Shown: positions 41,316-50,361 of the stretch, piece after piece
Layout: each line of letters opens with the position of its first letter
Position numbering within the stretch: position 1 is the first letter of the stretch
Assembly: GCF_006345805.1 (NCBI RefSeq)
Contig: NC_043011.1
Location: 6,758,001 to 6,822,000 of the forward strand
Source: Octopus sinensis
Taxonomy: Eukaryota
Direction of reading: 5' to 3'
DNA: 64,000 bases
Translations under genes and position numbers: made by a program
The notes under the pieces: generated by a model
Told to the model about the DNA's origin: nothing
Seen by the model: only the letters and a program-made list of their open reading frames with translations
Database searches by the model: none

Positions 41316-44300
41316 TATATAGGCGCGGAGTTGCTGTGTGGTTAAGTAGCTTGCTTACCAACCACATGGTACCGGGTTCAGTCCCACTGCGGGCATCTTG
41401 GGCAAGTGTCTTTCTACTATACTCTCGGGCCAACAAAGCCTTGTGAGTGGATTTGGTAGACGGAAACTGAAAGAAGCCCGTCGTAATATATGTATGTGTG
41501 TGTGTGTGTGTTTGTGTGTCTGTGTTTGTCCCCCTAGCATTGCTTGACAACTGATGCTGGTGTGTTTACGTCCCCGTCACTTAGCAGTTCGGCAAAAGAG
41601 ACCGATAGAATAAGTACTGGGCTTACAAAGAATAAGTGCCAGGGTTGATTTGCTCAACTAAAGTTGGTGCTCCAGCATGGCCGCAGTCAAATGACTGAAA
41701 CAAGTAAAAGAGTAAAGAGTAAAAGAGATATATATACGTATATATACATACACATATATATATGTATATTTACACATGCATACATACGTGTGTGTGTGTA
41801 TATATATATTACGTACATGTGTGTGTGTGTGAATGTTTACACATGCACACAAACTTCTGCATAGTCTCTGGTTTTCAACTTTTACCCACAAGGCTTCGGT
41901 AGGTCCAAGACTACAGAGGAAGACACTTGTCCAAGGTGCTGTACAGTGTGATTATACCCAGGACCATAGAGTTACAAAACAAACTTCTTAATCACATCTC
42001 TACATCCAAAACAAATTAAACTGAATACTGTCTGACGTACATCTCCATGGCCCCTAGACAGATAAACAAGCAAACACCACAAAAAACCCAGTTCCCGAAC
42101 CCTTGTTAAATGTTACCTGTTCCAAAACGGCAGTAGTCATGACTCGGGTCCGAAACCGTTCTCTCCAACTGTTGCAGCCTCCAGTTGTCGTCCTGGATGT
42201 TCTTGTTGTGTTCGGAGTTAACAGCATTCACTTCTCTCTCAGTTGCAGAAGGGGTGAAGAGGGGAGAGATGAAGAATTGGGCGAATCTAAACATCAAAGA
42301 AAAATTAAGTGTAAGGATTATTTGGATCAAGGTCTGCGACTATGGCACTTTGGAATGGTGCTACCATTAAGTTGTAGCATCATCATCATCATCGTTTAAC
42401 GTCCGCTTTCCAGGCTAGCATGGGTTGGACGGTTCAACTGGGGTCTGGGAAGCCAGAAGGCTGCACCAGGCTCCAGTCTGATCTGGCAGTGTTTCTACAG
42501 CTGGATGCCCTTCCTAACACCAACCACTCCGTGAGTGTAGTGGGTGCTTTTTACGTGCCACCGGCACGGAGACCAGACGAAGCTGGCAACGGCCACAGTC
42601 GGATGGTGCCTTTTACGTGCCACCGGCACGGAGACCAGATGAAGCTGGCAACGGCCACGGTCGGATGGTGCTTTTTACGTGCCACCGGCACGGAGACCTG
42701 ACGAAGCTGGCAACGGCCACAGTCGGATGGTGCCTTTTACGTGCCACCGGCATGGAGACCAGATGAAGCTGGCAACAGCCACGGTCGGATGGTGCTTTTT
42801 ACGTGCCAATGCAGCAATAAACTGCCGATGCTACAATAAACATGGATATGTCACCCAAATAGTTGCATACCAAGTTATACACACTCTAACAATAACCAAT
42901 TAAATGTGAAGCCTGAGAAATAGAACTTTGAGCGATTTATCATCATCTCATCCTCATCATTTTAATGCTTGCTTTTCCAGGTTTGCATGAGTCAGACACA
43001 GTTTATTGAGGCAGATTTTCTCTAGCCAGATGCCCTTCACCTGTTTCCAGGTAAGGCAATATTTCCCCACGACCAGACATATTTTCACAGAAGATTGGAA
43101 ACAAAGGACACTGCCTGAAAACACACACATAATGAGGAGTGTTGGTGCTATGGAAAAAGCACCCACTACACTCTGTGAAGTGGTTGGCGTTAGGAAAGGC
43201 ATCAAGTCATAGAAACCATGTCAAAGCAGACAAGAAAGCCTGGTGCAGCTCTCCAGCCTTGCCATCGCCTGTCAAAACTGTCCAACCCATGCCAGCATGG
43301 AAAACGGCTATTTAATGATGACAATGATGATGATGGGTTCCTTTCAGTTTCTGTCCACCAAATCTGTTCACTGGTCTTTGTTTGGCCCAGGGTTATAGGA
43401 GAAAATGCTTACTCATGGTGTCACACAGTGGGACTGAACCCAAAACCATGTGATTAGGAAGCAAACTTCTCAACCACACAGCCATACCTATTCACCCATT
43501 GGCATTTAAACTGGCCAGATCCAGCCTCTCACACCAACCCTACAATATCATTCTAAAAATACAGTCACATCATTGAAATCTCAAAGCTACAAGATAATCC
43601 ATCAAAACATTGTGAATAAATAATAAACATTTGACAGAACAATCATCATCATCATCGTTTTAACATCCACTTTCCATGCTGGCATGGGTTGGACGGTTTG
43701 ACTGAGGACTGGTGAGCCAGAAGGCTGCATCAGGCACCAATCTGATCTGGCAATGTTTCTACAGCTGGATGCCCTCCCTAATGCCAACCACTCCGAGAGT
43801 GTTGTGGGTGCTTTTACGTGCCACCGGCACGAGGGTCAGTCAGGTGCTTCTGGCAATAACCACAGTCAAAAGGTGTTTTTTACGCGCTACCTGCATGGGA
43901 GCCATCTAGCGGCACTGGCAACAACTACGCTTGAATGTTGTTTTTCACGTGCCTCTGGCACATGTGCCGGTAAGGTGATGCTGGCAACGGCCACGCTAGA
44001 ATGGTGCTTTTCACGTGTCGCCGGCACAGGAGCCAATCTGTGGCCCTGGCAATGATCATGCTCGGACATGTTTTTAACACTCCACTGGCACAAGTGCCAA
44101 TCAGGTGGCACTGTCATCGGCCACATCAGCGATTTTGAATACTAAAGGGTTAAATTGGTCACAACTGTGAGAGGATTCCCTGGTGATCCCACCCTGAATT
44201 ATCAGACTAAATTCTTTTAAAAACAATCAAAATTTGGGCGTGGCACAAAAATTGAGCAGTTGTTGCTATTGGCAACGTAAGTTGGAAGCTGATATTTCAG

Positions 44301-47300
44301 ATTGATGATGGTAAGTATGGAATTGGAAGACAAGGACTCACCTGTCCAGTGCACCTTGAAGTCCAGGTGGGTTTACTTCAAAGTGGAAGTTGGTGTGTTC
44401 TGGGGATGTGGAGGCATTATACGTACCGCCATGGTTAGTGACAAACTGCAATTAGAAATGGCAGATGATGCACAATGGATGGTAGAATTCTGCTTCTCAT
44501 GGAGTGAAGAACATGAAGACAACAAATATATACAGACAGACATTTAGCCAAACGAGAAGATAAAATGTCAGGGATAAAAAACCCCACCCAATTGAGTTGG
44601 GAGTAGCAGAAAAAGAAATGAGTCTTCTGCACAAATTGTTTTGTTTCACATGAGGAATAATTGATGTAAACAATTAAATACCCAGCTTATTTACCATTCT
44701 TTTATTCTTTTACTTGTTTCAGTCCTTCGACCGTAGACATGCTGGAGCACTGTTTTGAAAAAATCAACCCCCAGGACTTTTTTTTTTTAAATGAATGAAA
44801 ATAAATGTCAGTCACATTCCGTCTCTCACCTTTGAATATTCATTTTCCTGAGGATACTGGAAGAAAAACAAAAGCAGGAAAATGTTAATCTTGTACAACG
44901 GTAAACAAATATTATGTATAAATTCAACGGTCTGTAAAAATTAATGGCAGAGGTGTACAATAGCTGTGTATAGTCAATGGTATGTGTCTAAAATTCATGG
45001 TAGATGTGTACCATCAATGTTAGATACATTAACTTCAAAAGTTTTAAAGAGCATCTAAAATCTCTCTTTTTTTTATGACAGTAACAAAGTCCCCCTGCCA
45101 CACTTTTCAGTGCAACATCACTGGCTGGAGATCCTGGATTCATCCCAGGCCAGTTTCTGAGATCAGGTTGTCTTAATACTCTGATAATGAAATATTTCTG
45201 CAAGAAAGATGTTTACTGATGAATAATTACAAGATTATGATTCAATCCTTTCTGATAAAACTTAATTGGTTTATATATTTAGAAATTGGCAAATGGTAAA
45301 TGTGGCAAAGGAATGAGTGAATGGAAAGTCTGGCAAAGGAATGGGAGATGCATCAAAAGAACGGTAACAAGAGATCACAATGAAAATGAAGTAAAATCCT
45401 TTCTTACTTTCGTGGTTCCAAGGAACAACATGTGTTCACAGAAGTGTGCAAGACCTGGTAAGTCTTTGGGGTCACACATATCACCTGAGTTTGAAAGACA
45501 AAAAAGTGAAAATAGAAAATACACACACATACATACAAATACATTCATACATACACACACATACATACACTTACACGGGTAGACAGACAGACCGTTGGGA
45601 ATGTCTTATAATCTACACAGAAGTATTGGAGTCTGTTTTTCATTTAATTATTTAAGTGAATTTAATATTTGTTTAATTGAGTGTGTTGACGAAGGTGAGC
45701 AGACCTAGTTCAGGAAAATCAACCACCTGGAAAGGCTTTGCAAGCAAAGGTTCCAGAAAACTGATTTTGTACTTGTGTGTGTGTGTGTGCATATATGTAT
45801 GAATATTCTGTGTATATATATATATATATATATTTTACTTGTTTCAGTCATTTGACTGCGGCCATGCTGGAGCACCGCCTTTAATCGAGCAACTCGACCC
45901 CGAAACTTATTTTTTGTAAGCCCAGTACTTATTCTATCGGTCTCTTTTGCCGAACCGCTAAGTAATGGGGACATAAACACACCAGCATCAGTTGTCAAGC
46001 AATGCTAGGGGGACAAACACATACACATATTTATATACATATATACGACGGGCTTCTTTCAGTTTCCGTCTACCAAATCCACTCACAAGGCTTTGGTCGG
46101 CCCGAGGCTATAATAGAAGACACTTGCCCAAGGTGCCACGCAGTGGGACTGAACCCACAAGCTACTTACCACACAGCCACTCCTGCGCCTATATATATAT
46201 ATATATATATGTAAGCTGGAGTCAACAAAAAGGAGTACAGAAGAACATTTATTTGTAATCACTACAATTGTTTCCATGCAACGTAGCCCCTCATGTTCGC
46301 AGGTATTTAGGTATGTAACTGTTTCTGAAGGTGGACCAGCTTTATACTGCACTCTACTATATTCTTAACAGAATACAATCTAACTAATATCATGATAGAC
46401 CACTAGCTCCAAAAGTTTTGTTTTTTAAAATTTTCTCTTATTCTTTTCAGTTGTAGTCTTGAAACGTAAAAGACTTTCTCACCTTCTCGAGCGTCAAACT
46501 AATACGCCTGTTTGTTGTTTATACACCTGTCTTGATCTTTTGTTTTTCTGTAAATTTCAACTATATACATATATATATATATATAATAAGGCACGTGGCT
46601 CAGTAGTTAGAGCGTCGAGCTTACGATCGTGAGGTTGTGAGCTCGAATCCCGGACCGGGCTGCGTGTTGTGTTCTTGAGCAAGACACTTTATTTCACGTT
46701 GCTCCAGTTCACTCAGCTGTAGAAATGAGTTGCGACGTCACAGGTGCCAAGCTGTATCGGCCCTTGCCTTTCCCTTGAACAACATCGGTGACGTGGAGAG
46801 GGGAGGCCGGTATGCATGGGCGACTGCTGGTCTTCCATGAAAACAACCTTGCCCAGACTAGAGTAACTCTCTAGGTGCAAACCCATGGTCAGTGTCTGAC
46901 CGAAGGGGGTCACTATGTCACTCACTATATATATATATAGGCGCAGGAGTGGCTGTGTGGTAAGTAGCTTGCTAACCAACCACATGGTTCCAGGTTCAGT
47001 CCCACTGCGTGGCATCTTGGGCAAGTGCCTTCTGCTATAGCCCCGGGCTGACCAATGCCTTGTGAGTGGATTTGGTAGACGGAAACTGAAAGAAGCCTGT
47101 CGTATATATGTATATGTATGTATGTGGCTGTGTTTGTGTGTCTGTGTTTGTACCCCTAGCATTGCTTGACAACCGTTGCTGGTGTGTTACGTCCCCGTCA
47201 CTAGCAGTTCGGCAAAAGAGGACCGATAGAATAAGTAATGGGCTTACAAGAATAAGTTCCCGGGGTCGATTTGCTGACTAAAGGTGGTGCTCCGCATGGC

Positions 47301-50300
47301 CACAGTCAAATGACTGAAACAAGTAAAAGAGTAAAGAGTATATACCACACACACATATCGGCGATCAGATTGGACATGGGGGCAGCCTAATGGCTTGCCA
47401 GTCCACAGTCAAGCCGTCCAACCAATGCTAGCATAGAAAGTAGATGTTAAACGATGACGATATATCATCATCATCATCATCATCATCGTTTAGCGTCTGT
47501 TTTCCAGCTAGCATGGGCTGGCGGGGTCAACTGGGGTCTGTGAAGCTGGAAGGCTTCGTCAGGCCCAGTCAGATCTGGCAGTGTTTCTACGGCTGGATGC
47601 CCTTCCTAACGCCAACCACTCCGCGATGTGTAGTGGGTGTTTTTTACGTGCCACCTGCACAGGTGCCAGGACAGAGCTGGCGAACGGCCACGAACGGATG
47701 GTGCTTTTACGTGGTCACCGGCACGGGGCCAGGCGATGCTGGCAACGGACACGAACGGATGGTGCTTTTACGGGTCACCGAACGGGGCCAGAACGTGCGG
47801 GCCAAGACAGGCCACTGCAACCGGCCATGAACGGACGGTGCTTTTACGTGTCACCGGCACGGGGGCCAGCCGAGAGGCTGGCAAACGGACGCGAACGGAA
47901 TGGTGCTTTTACGTGCCACCGACACGGTTGCCAGACAGAGCTGGCAAACGGGCCACGAGCGGACGATGCTTTACGTGTCCCGGCACGGAGGCCAGCCGAG
48001 GCTGGCAAAGGACACGGAAGGATGGTGCTTTTACGTGCCACCGACACGGGGCCAGACAGAGCTGGCAAACGGGCCACGAACGGATGGTGATTTACGTGCC
48101 ACCGACACGGGGCCAGTCAGAGCTGGCCAACGGCCACGAACGGACGGTGCTTTTAAGTGTCACCGGCACGGGGGCCGGCAGGCTGGCAACGAACACGAAC
48201 GTATGGTGCTTTTACGTGCCACCGACACGGGGCCAGGCAGAGCTGGCAAACGGCCATGAGCGAATGGTGCTTTTACGTATCACCGGCACGGGTGCCAGAC
48301 GAGGCTGACAGCGGACACGAACAATATATATATATATTAGAAGAAATGAGGTAGTCAGAAATCTGGATGGTTTTATATTTACAGATATTTATTAGTATGT
48401 TACATGTTTTTATAAATCATATATCATATATATTAGCGCTTTCGTCCATTCTAGTGGAGTCTTCAAATTGAACTTAACTGTTAAAAACATGTAACATACT
48501 AATAAATATCTGTAAATATAAAACCATCCAGATTTTTGAGCACCTCATTTTTTCTAACATATATTACCTGTACATCATCTCCAAACCTTCTAATATATAT
48601 ATATATATACCGGAGTAAACACATAAATGTGAAACAAGGTGGAAAAAAGAGTACTCAAATACCAGGGACAAAAACTGTCCGCCGAACAGGAACTTGAAAC
48701 TCAGAGTAACAGGTTTTGTTGAATTTCTGCTGCTTTTAAATAAAAGTATATATATTATATATATATATATATATTTACTATTTTCAGCTTCGCCTTGTAT
48801 TGCATATTATTTCTCCATACAGGGGTTTTTTCAATGGCGGCCCATTTTCGCGGGGGGTTCCACTATTCCCTTCTCTCTCTCCCTCTTTTACGTTGTCTGC
48901 CATCCCCCCTCTTCCTTTGCTAAGAGCATTTTAAGCCAGCCCGTCATATTCCCGTGCCACCCGCCCTTGCCACCCCCACCACCAATACCGGATATCTCTA
49001 TATTTTTGCTCCATCTATACCGGATGTCGTTCTCCCACCACCATTATAGGTGTCTACTCTTCGAACCCCCCTCTTCAATACGCTATTTGACCATGCATTA
49101 CCCCTCTCTTGATATCCTACGTTCTACTGCCTAGAACCTGTCATCATTCTCGAACCACCCCCCCCACTGTGCTCCCCTATATTTCTCCCCCCCCCACCAA
49201 ATAAAAAAGCACCATCCGAATGTGGCCGATGCCAGACCCCTCTGGCACCTGTGCAGGTGGCACGTAAAAAAACACCCATACACACTCGCGGAGTGGTTGG
49301 CGTTTAGGAAGGCATCCAGCTGTAGAAACATGCCAGACTAGACTGGAGCCTGGGGCAGTCCCGAGCTCCCAGGACCCCGGTCGAAACCGTCCAACCCGTG
49401 CTAGCGCGGACAAACGGACGTAAATGATGATGATATATTGTGGAGGCGAGCTGACAGAAACGTTAGCACGCCAGGCAAAATGCGTAGCCGTATTTCGTCT
49501 GTCGCTACGTTCCGAGTTCAAATTCCGCCGAGGTCGACTTTGCCTTTCATCCTTTCATGGTTGATAAATTAAGTACCAGTTACGCACTGGGCTTGATGTA
49601 ATCGACTTAATCTCTTTGTCTGTTCTTGTTTGTCACCTCTGTGTGTAGCCCCTTGTGGGTAGTAAAGAAATATATATATATATATGCGGGCATGGCTGTG
49701 TGGTTAGGGAGCTTGCTTCCTAGCTACATGGTTTCGGGTTCAGTCCCACTGCATGGCACTTTGGGTAGGTGTCTTCCACTATAGCCCTGAGCCAACCGGA
49801 GCTTTGTGATTGAATTCAGTAGGTGGAAGTTACTGCCGTGTGTGTATGTGTGCGTATAGCTGCTCAGTGCCTCTCCGAAAGAGAGAGAGGGATATATATA
49901 CACATGTAAATACAGAGAAACAAATATAAAACCTAACATTAAACGTGTCTTTTAGGTTCAGGTGACTTAAGGAAGTTAGTAACTGTTTATTGTAAATGGA
50001 AGACTAACTCCTGCAACCATGGAAAAAACAGATGTTAAAATAATGATAATGATGATGATCCGACCATTGGTTTTTTTTAACTTACATATGATATAGTTGA
50101 TAGACATTTCATTGCTATTTCTAGCAGTCTGAGAGACCTTATAGTGGAAATAGAAACAAAAAGATGCAAACTAACATGAAAGTAGAGAGACTTACCAATG
50201 TGGACGTCAATGGCGGCAGCAGATTTGTCTGTTTCAGGATCACTAATCAGTAGAATCTTCATTCCATTGCTGACTTCCAGACCACGGTACTTGCGCTTGT

Positions 50301-50361
50301 CCCCTTCAGATTTAATGAACTTGTCATCTTCGTATGTCTTTTCAATTGTGCTGGACACCAT
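4821..50361 (-). CDS. IDE: Insulin-degrading enzyme (insulysin, M16A zinc metalloprotease), spliced gene, 22 coding exons in window, 3' end outside window
   Basis: Exons joined by GT-AG introns with consistent phases give one open frame of 2200 nt: MVSSTIEK...[45 protein letters not shown]-...EVNAVNSEH...GHEG...LWFKQDDKF...[12 protein letters not shown]...GYNDKQ...YREHQLLD. It has the inverted zincin HxxEH motif and the downstream Glu ligand (NSEH). Confidence 0.97.
6420..6511 (-). CDS. IDE: IDE coding exon 21
   Basis: tttccag|[31 protein letters not shown]|gtaaa. Confidence 0.94.
6706..7420 (+). mobile_element. tRNA-derived SINE family D with a nested family B dimer; related copies 810-1095(-), 46590-46910, 57440-57720(-)
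   Basis: cagctcagtggtt...gagttcaatacc head and ttgagcaagacactttatttcac core; the insertion is bounded by the duplicated ggtacatg..tctgtgg. Confidence 0.7.
7455..7637. repeat. Minisatellite, about 6 units of (GT)n-gcttacagacacat
   Basis: Directly visible tandem units of 28-30 bp. Confidence 0.85.
8458..8578 (-). CDS. IDE: IDE coding exon 20
   Basis: gtgcag|[40 protein letters not shown]|gtatg. Confidence 0.95.
9322..9745 (-). mobile_element. RTE 3' UTR copy (others near 1625-1907, 19975-20165, 22440-22637, 29580-29910, 32461-33015, 35064-35272, 42378-42808, 43642-44130, 49200-49435, 53568-54018, 55833-56050, 59643-59870, 63557-63986)
   Basis: Shared (CAT)n-cgtttaacgtccgctttccatgctagcatgggttggacg...gctggatgcccttcctaacgccaaccactcc. 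Confidence 0.8.
9888..10188 (+). mobile_element. tRNA-derived SINE family C; other copies 11085-11474(-), 15969-16226
   Basis: gaggcgcaaTGGCCCAGTGGttagggcagcggactcg...GGTTTCxAT tRNA-like head. Confidence 0.75.
11648..11758 (-). CDS. IDE: IDE coding exon 19
   Basis: ttttcag|[37 protein letters not shown]|gtaag. Confidence 0.95.
14519..14663 (-). CDS. IDE: IDE coding exon 18
   Basis: ttccag|[48 protein letters not shown]|gtgag. Confidence 0.95.
14791..15188 (-). mobile_element. Non-autonomous Helitron
   Basis: Minus strand starts A|TC(TC)nTATATATAAAA and ends with hairpin CCCGAGCAATGCCGGG followed by CTAG|T. Confidence 0.7.
18530..18900 (-). mobile_element. Old RTE LINE 3' fragment with (CA)n tail
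   Basis: [30 protein letters not shown]-like C-terminus, followed by a compound CA tract at about 18370-18535. Confidence 0.55.
19231..19313 (-). CDS. IDE: IDE coding exon 17
   Basis: ctttcag|[28 protein letters not shown]|gtatg. Confidence 0.95.
21767..21793 (-). CDS. IDE: IDE coding exon 16, 27-nt microexon
   Basis: tttttcag|TCATCTCCTTTGCCAGAAATTATAAAG|gtcagt = SSPLPEIIK, which bridges exon 15 and exon 17 in frame. Confidence 0.88.
23453..23548 (-). CDS. IDE: IDE coding exon 15
   Basis: ttacag|[32 protein letters not shown]|gtaag. Confidence 0.94.
24114..24216 (-). CDS. IDE: IDE coding exon 14
   Basis: tttgaag|[34 protein letters not shown]|gttag. Confidence 0.93.
24353..24605. repeat. 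(CCA)n-rich low-complexity tract
   Basis: Imperfect CCA/CAC repeats. Confidence 0.85.
25775..25878 (-). CDS. IDE: IDE coding exon 13
   Basis: cccgtag|[35 protein letters not shown]|gtgag. Confidence 0.92.
26048..26128 (-). CDS. IDE: IDE coding exon 12
   Basis: ttacag|[27 protein letters not shown]|gtaag. Confidence 0.94.
27434..27525 (-). CDS. IDE: IDE coding exon 11
   Basis: ctttcag|[31 protein letters not shown]|gttgg. Confidence 0.94.
27770..28856 (+). repeat. Two head-to-tail diverged copies (about 550 bp) of an (AAT)n-tailed repeat
   Basis: Both contain tcttgatatgagatcaccatgtca...ccttatcagacgggtagtcatgatgggtata and end ctctcactcaataataa. Confidence 0.75.
29337..29357 (+). repeat. Short interstitial telomere-type repeat
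   Basis: gggtagggttagggttagggt. Confidence 0.55.
30448..30683 (+). mobile_element. SINE family B (Nin/Deu-domain-like core); other copies 2084-2290, 6928-7340 (dimer), 20655-20895(-), 49444-49671, 52440-52853(-, dimer)
   Basis: ggcgagctggcagaaacgttagca...gagttcaaattccgccgaggtcgactttgcctttcatcctttcggggtcgat. Confidence 0.8.
30976..31068 (-). CDS. IDE: IDE coding exon 10 (exosite strand)
   Basis: ttccag|[30 protein letters not shown]|gtaag. Confidence 0.93.
32148..32220 (-). CDS. IDE: IDE coding exon 9
   Basis: tttcag|[25 protein letters not shown]|gtaac. Confidence 0.94.
33947..34445 (+). mobile_element. piggyBac relic: left terminus plus frameshifted transposase fragment; related MITE at 37523-37744
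   Basis: TTAA-CCCTTTCGTTAC end; [16 protein letters not shown]...[11 protein letters not shown]...[13 protein letters not shown] resembles the piggyBac GY..F..Y.GK / DNFFTS blocks. Confidence 0.7.
34604..34693 (-). CDS. IDE: IDE coding exon 8
   Basis: ctttcag|[30 protein letters not shown]|gtaag. Confidence 0.94.
34987..35019 (+). ncRNA. Degenerate minimal hammerhead motif
   Basis: cc-CTGATGA-A-GGAT TGA ATCC-AAAA-TG-TT-gg (CpG-decay form of GAAACGTT). Confidence 0.45.
35995..36107 (-). CDS. IDE: IDE coding exon 7
   Basis: tttcag|[38 protein letters not shown]|gtagg. Confidence 0.94.
37190..37312 (-). CDS. IDE: IDE coding exon 6
   Basis: tttcag|[40 protein letters not shown]|gtaag. Confidence 0.95.
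37941..38320. repeat. AT-rich hairpin (arms about 37941-38020 / 38027-38100) plus arm of the 63191 fold-back family
   Basis: ataactatcaaaaaggtattaaaa...ttttaatacctttttgatagttat; 38263-38320 matches 63461-63520. Confidence 0.75.
38415..38554 (+). ncRNA. Type-I hammerhead ribozyme motif (CCGAAGA core variant, long stem II insert)
   Basis: attacataatct-CCGAAGA-GGCC...GGCC-GAAA-CAGCTG-TA^-agatgtaat; all three stems pair. Confidence 0.7.
39263..39304 (-). ncRNA. Degenerate minimal hammerhead motif
   Basis: gctaca-TTGACAA-GGGG CAATA CCCC-AAAA-CGCG-TC^-tgtagc; stems perfect, core shows C>T and G>A decay. Confidence 0.6.
39409..41279 (-). mobile_element. 5'-truncated Penelope-like retroelement (RT C-terminal half, GIY-YIG endonuclease, pyrimidine-rich 3' UTR, terminal pLTR with hammerhead)
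   Basis: RT motifs [11 protein letters not shown]...YGRYIDDI (frameshifted); linker CSRPRCRTC; [14 protein letters not shown]...LYIGQTGR...RREQELI...GLN; (TA)n on both sides. Confidence 0.9.
39505..39542 (-). ncRNA. Minimal hammerhead motif in the Penelope pLTR (one core substitution)
   Basis: tcttt-CTGTTGA-A-GAGC GTAG GCTC-GAAA-CG-TA^-aaaga. Confidence 0.7.
42117..42286 (-). CDS. IDE: IDE coding exon 5 (third zinc ligand, NSEH)
   Basis: tttag|[57 protein letters not shown]|gtaac. Confidence 0.96.
44342..44445 (-). CDS. IDE: IDE coding exon 4
   Basis: ttgcag|[35 protein letters not shown]|gtgag. Confidence 0.94.
44830..44856 (-). CDS. IDE: IDE coding exon 3, 27-nt microexon
   Basis: ttcttccag|TATCCTCAGGAAAATGAATATTCAAAG|gtgag = YPQENEYSK, which fills the conserved KYPxENEY segment. 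Confidence 0.92.
45408..45484 (-). CDS. IDE: IDE coding exon 2 (zinc-binding HFCEH)
   Basis: ctcag|GTGATATG...ACGAAA|gtaag; [26 protein letters not shown]. Confidence 0.96.
47465..48322 (-). mobile_element. RTE 3' UTR copy with expanded tandem array of about 11 units of about 63 bp
   Basis: Unit tggtgcttttacgtgccaccggcacgggg...ggcaacggccacgaacgga repeated from 47636 to 48320. Confidence 0.8.
48333..48562. repeat. Fold-back element, about 80-bp arms, flanked by (TA)n
   Basis: aaatctggatggttttatatttacagatatttattagtatgttacatgttttta versus its reverse complement at about 48482-48535. Confidence 0.85.
48432..48468 (-). ncRNA. Hammerhead motif in the spacer of a fold-back
   Basis: at-TTGAAGA-C-TCCA CTAGAA TGGA-C-GAAA-GCGC-TA^-at; palindromic stem III AGCGCT. 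Confidence 0.55.
48671..48717 (+). ncRNA. Degenerate hammerhead motif in a TA-flanked cassette (about 48610-48750)
   Basis: aaaactgt-CCGCCGA-ACAGGAACTT-GAAA-CTCAGAG-TA^-acaggtttt. Confidence 0.45.
50196..50361 (-). CDS. IDE: IDE coding exon 1 (start codon; exon probably begins at acceptor 50409)
   Basis: ATG at 50361-50359 with in-frame stops upstream; [35 protein letters not shown]; donor GTAAG at 50195. Confidence 0.93.

Noticed and set aside
46255-46350. Minus-strand GAAACAATTGTA half-hammerhead beside (TA)n
   Set aside because: Only the 3' half is recognisable and the CUGANGA strand is absent, so it is not counted as a motif.
47444-48354. CRISPR-like repeat-spacer array or long GC-rich ORFs
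   Set aside because: Units are homologous along their full length, belong to the RTE 3' UTR, lie in a eukaryotic intron, and there are no cas genes; the ORFs are repeat read-throughs.
48790-49200. Unusual C-rich unique stretch and 146-aa ORF
   Set aside because: No motifs; the neighbouring repeats are full of small indels, suggesting low-quality consensus sequence.
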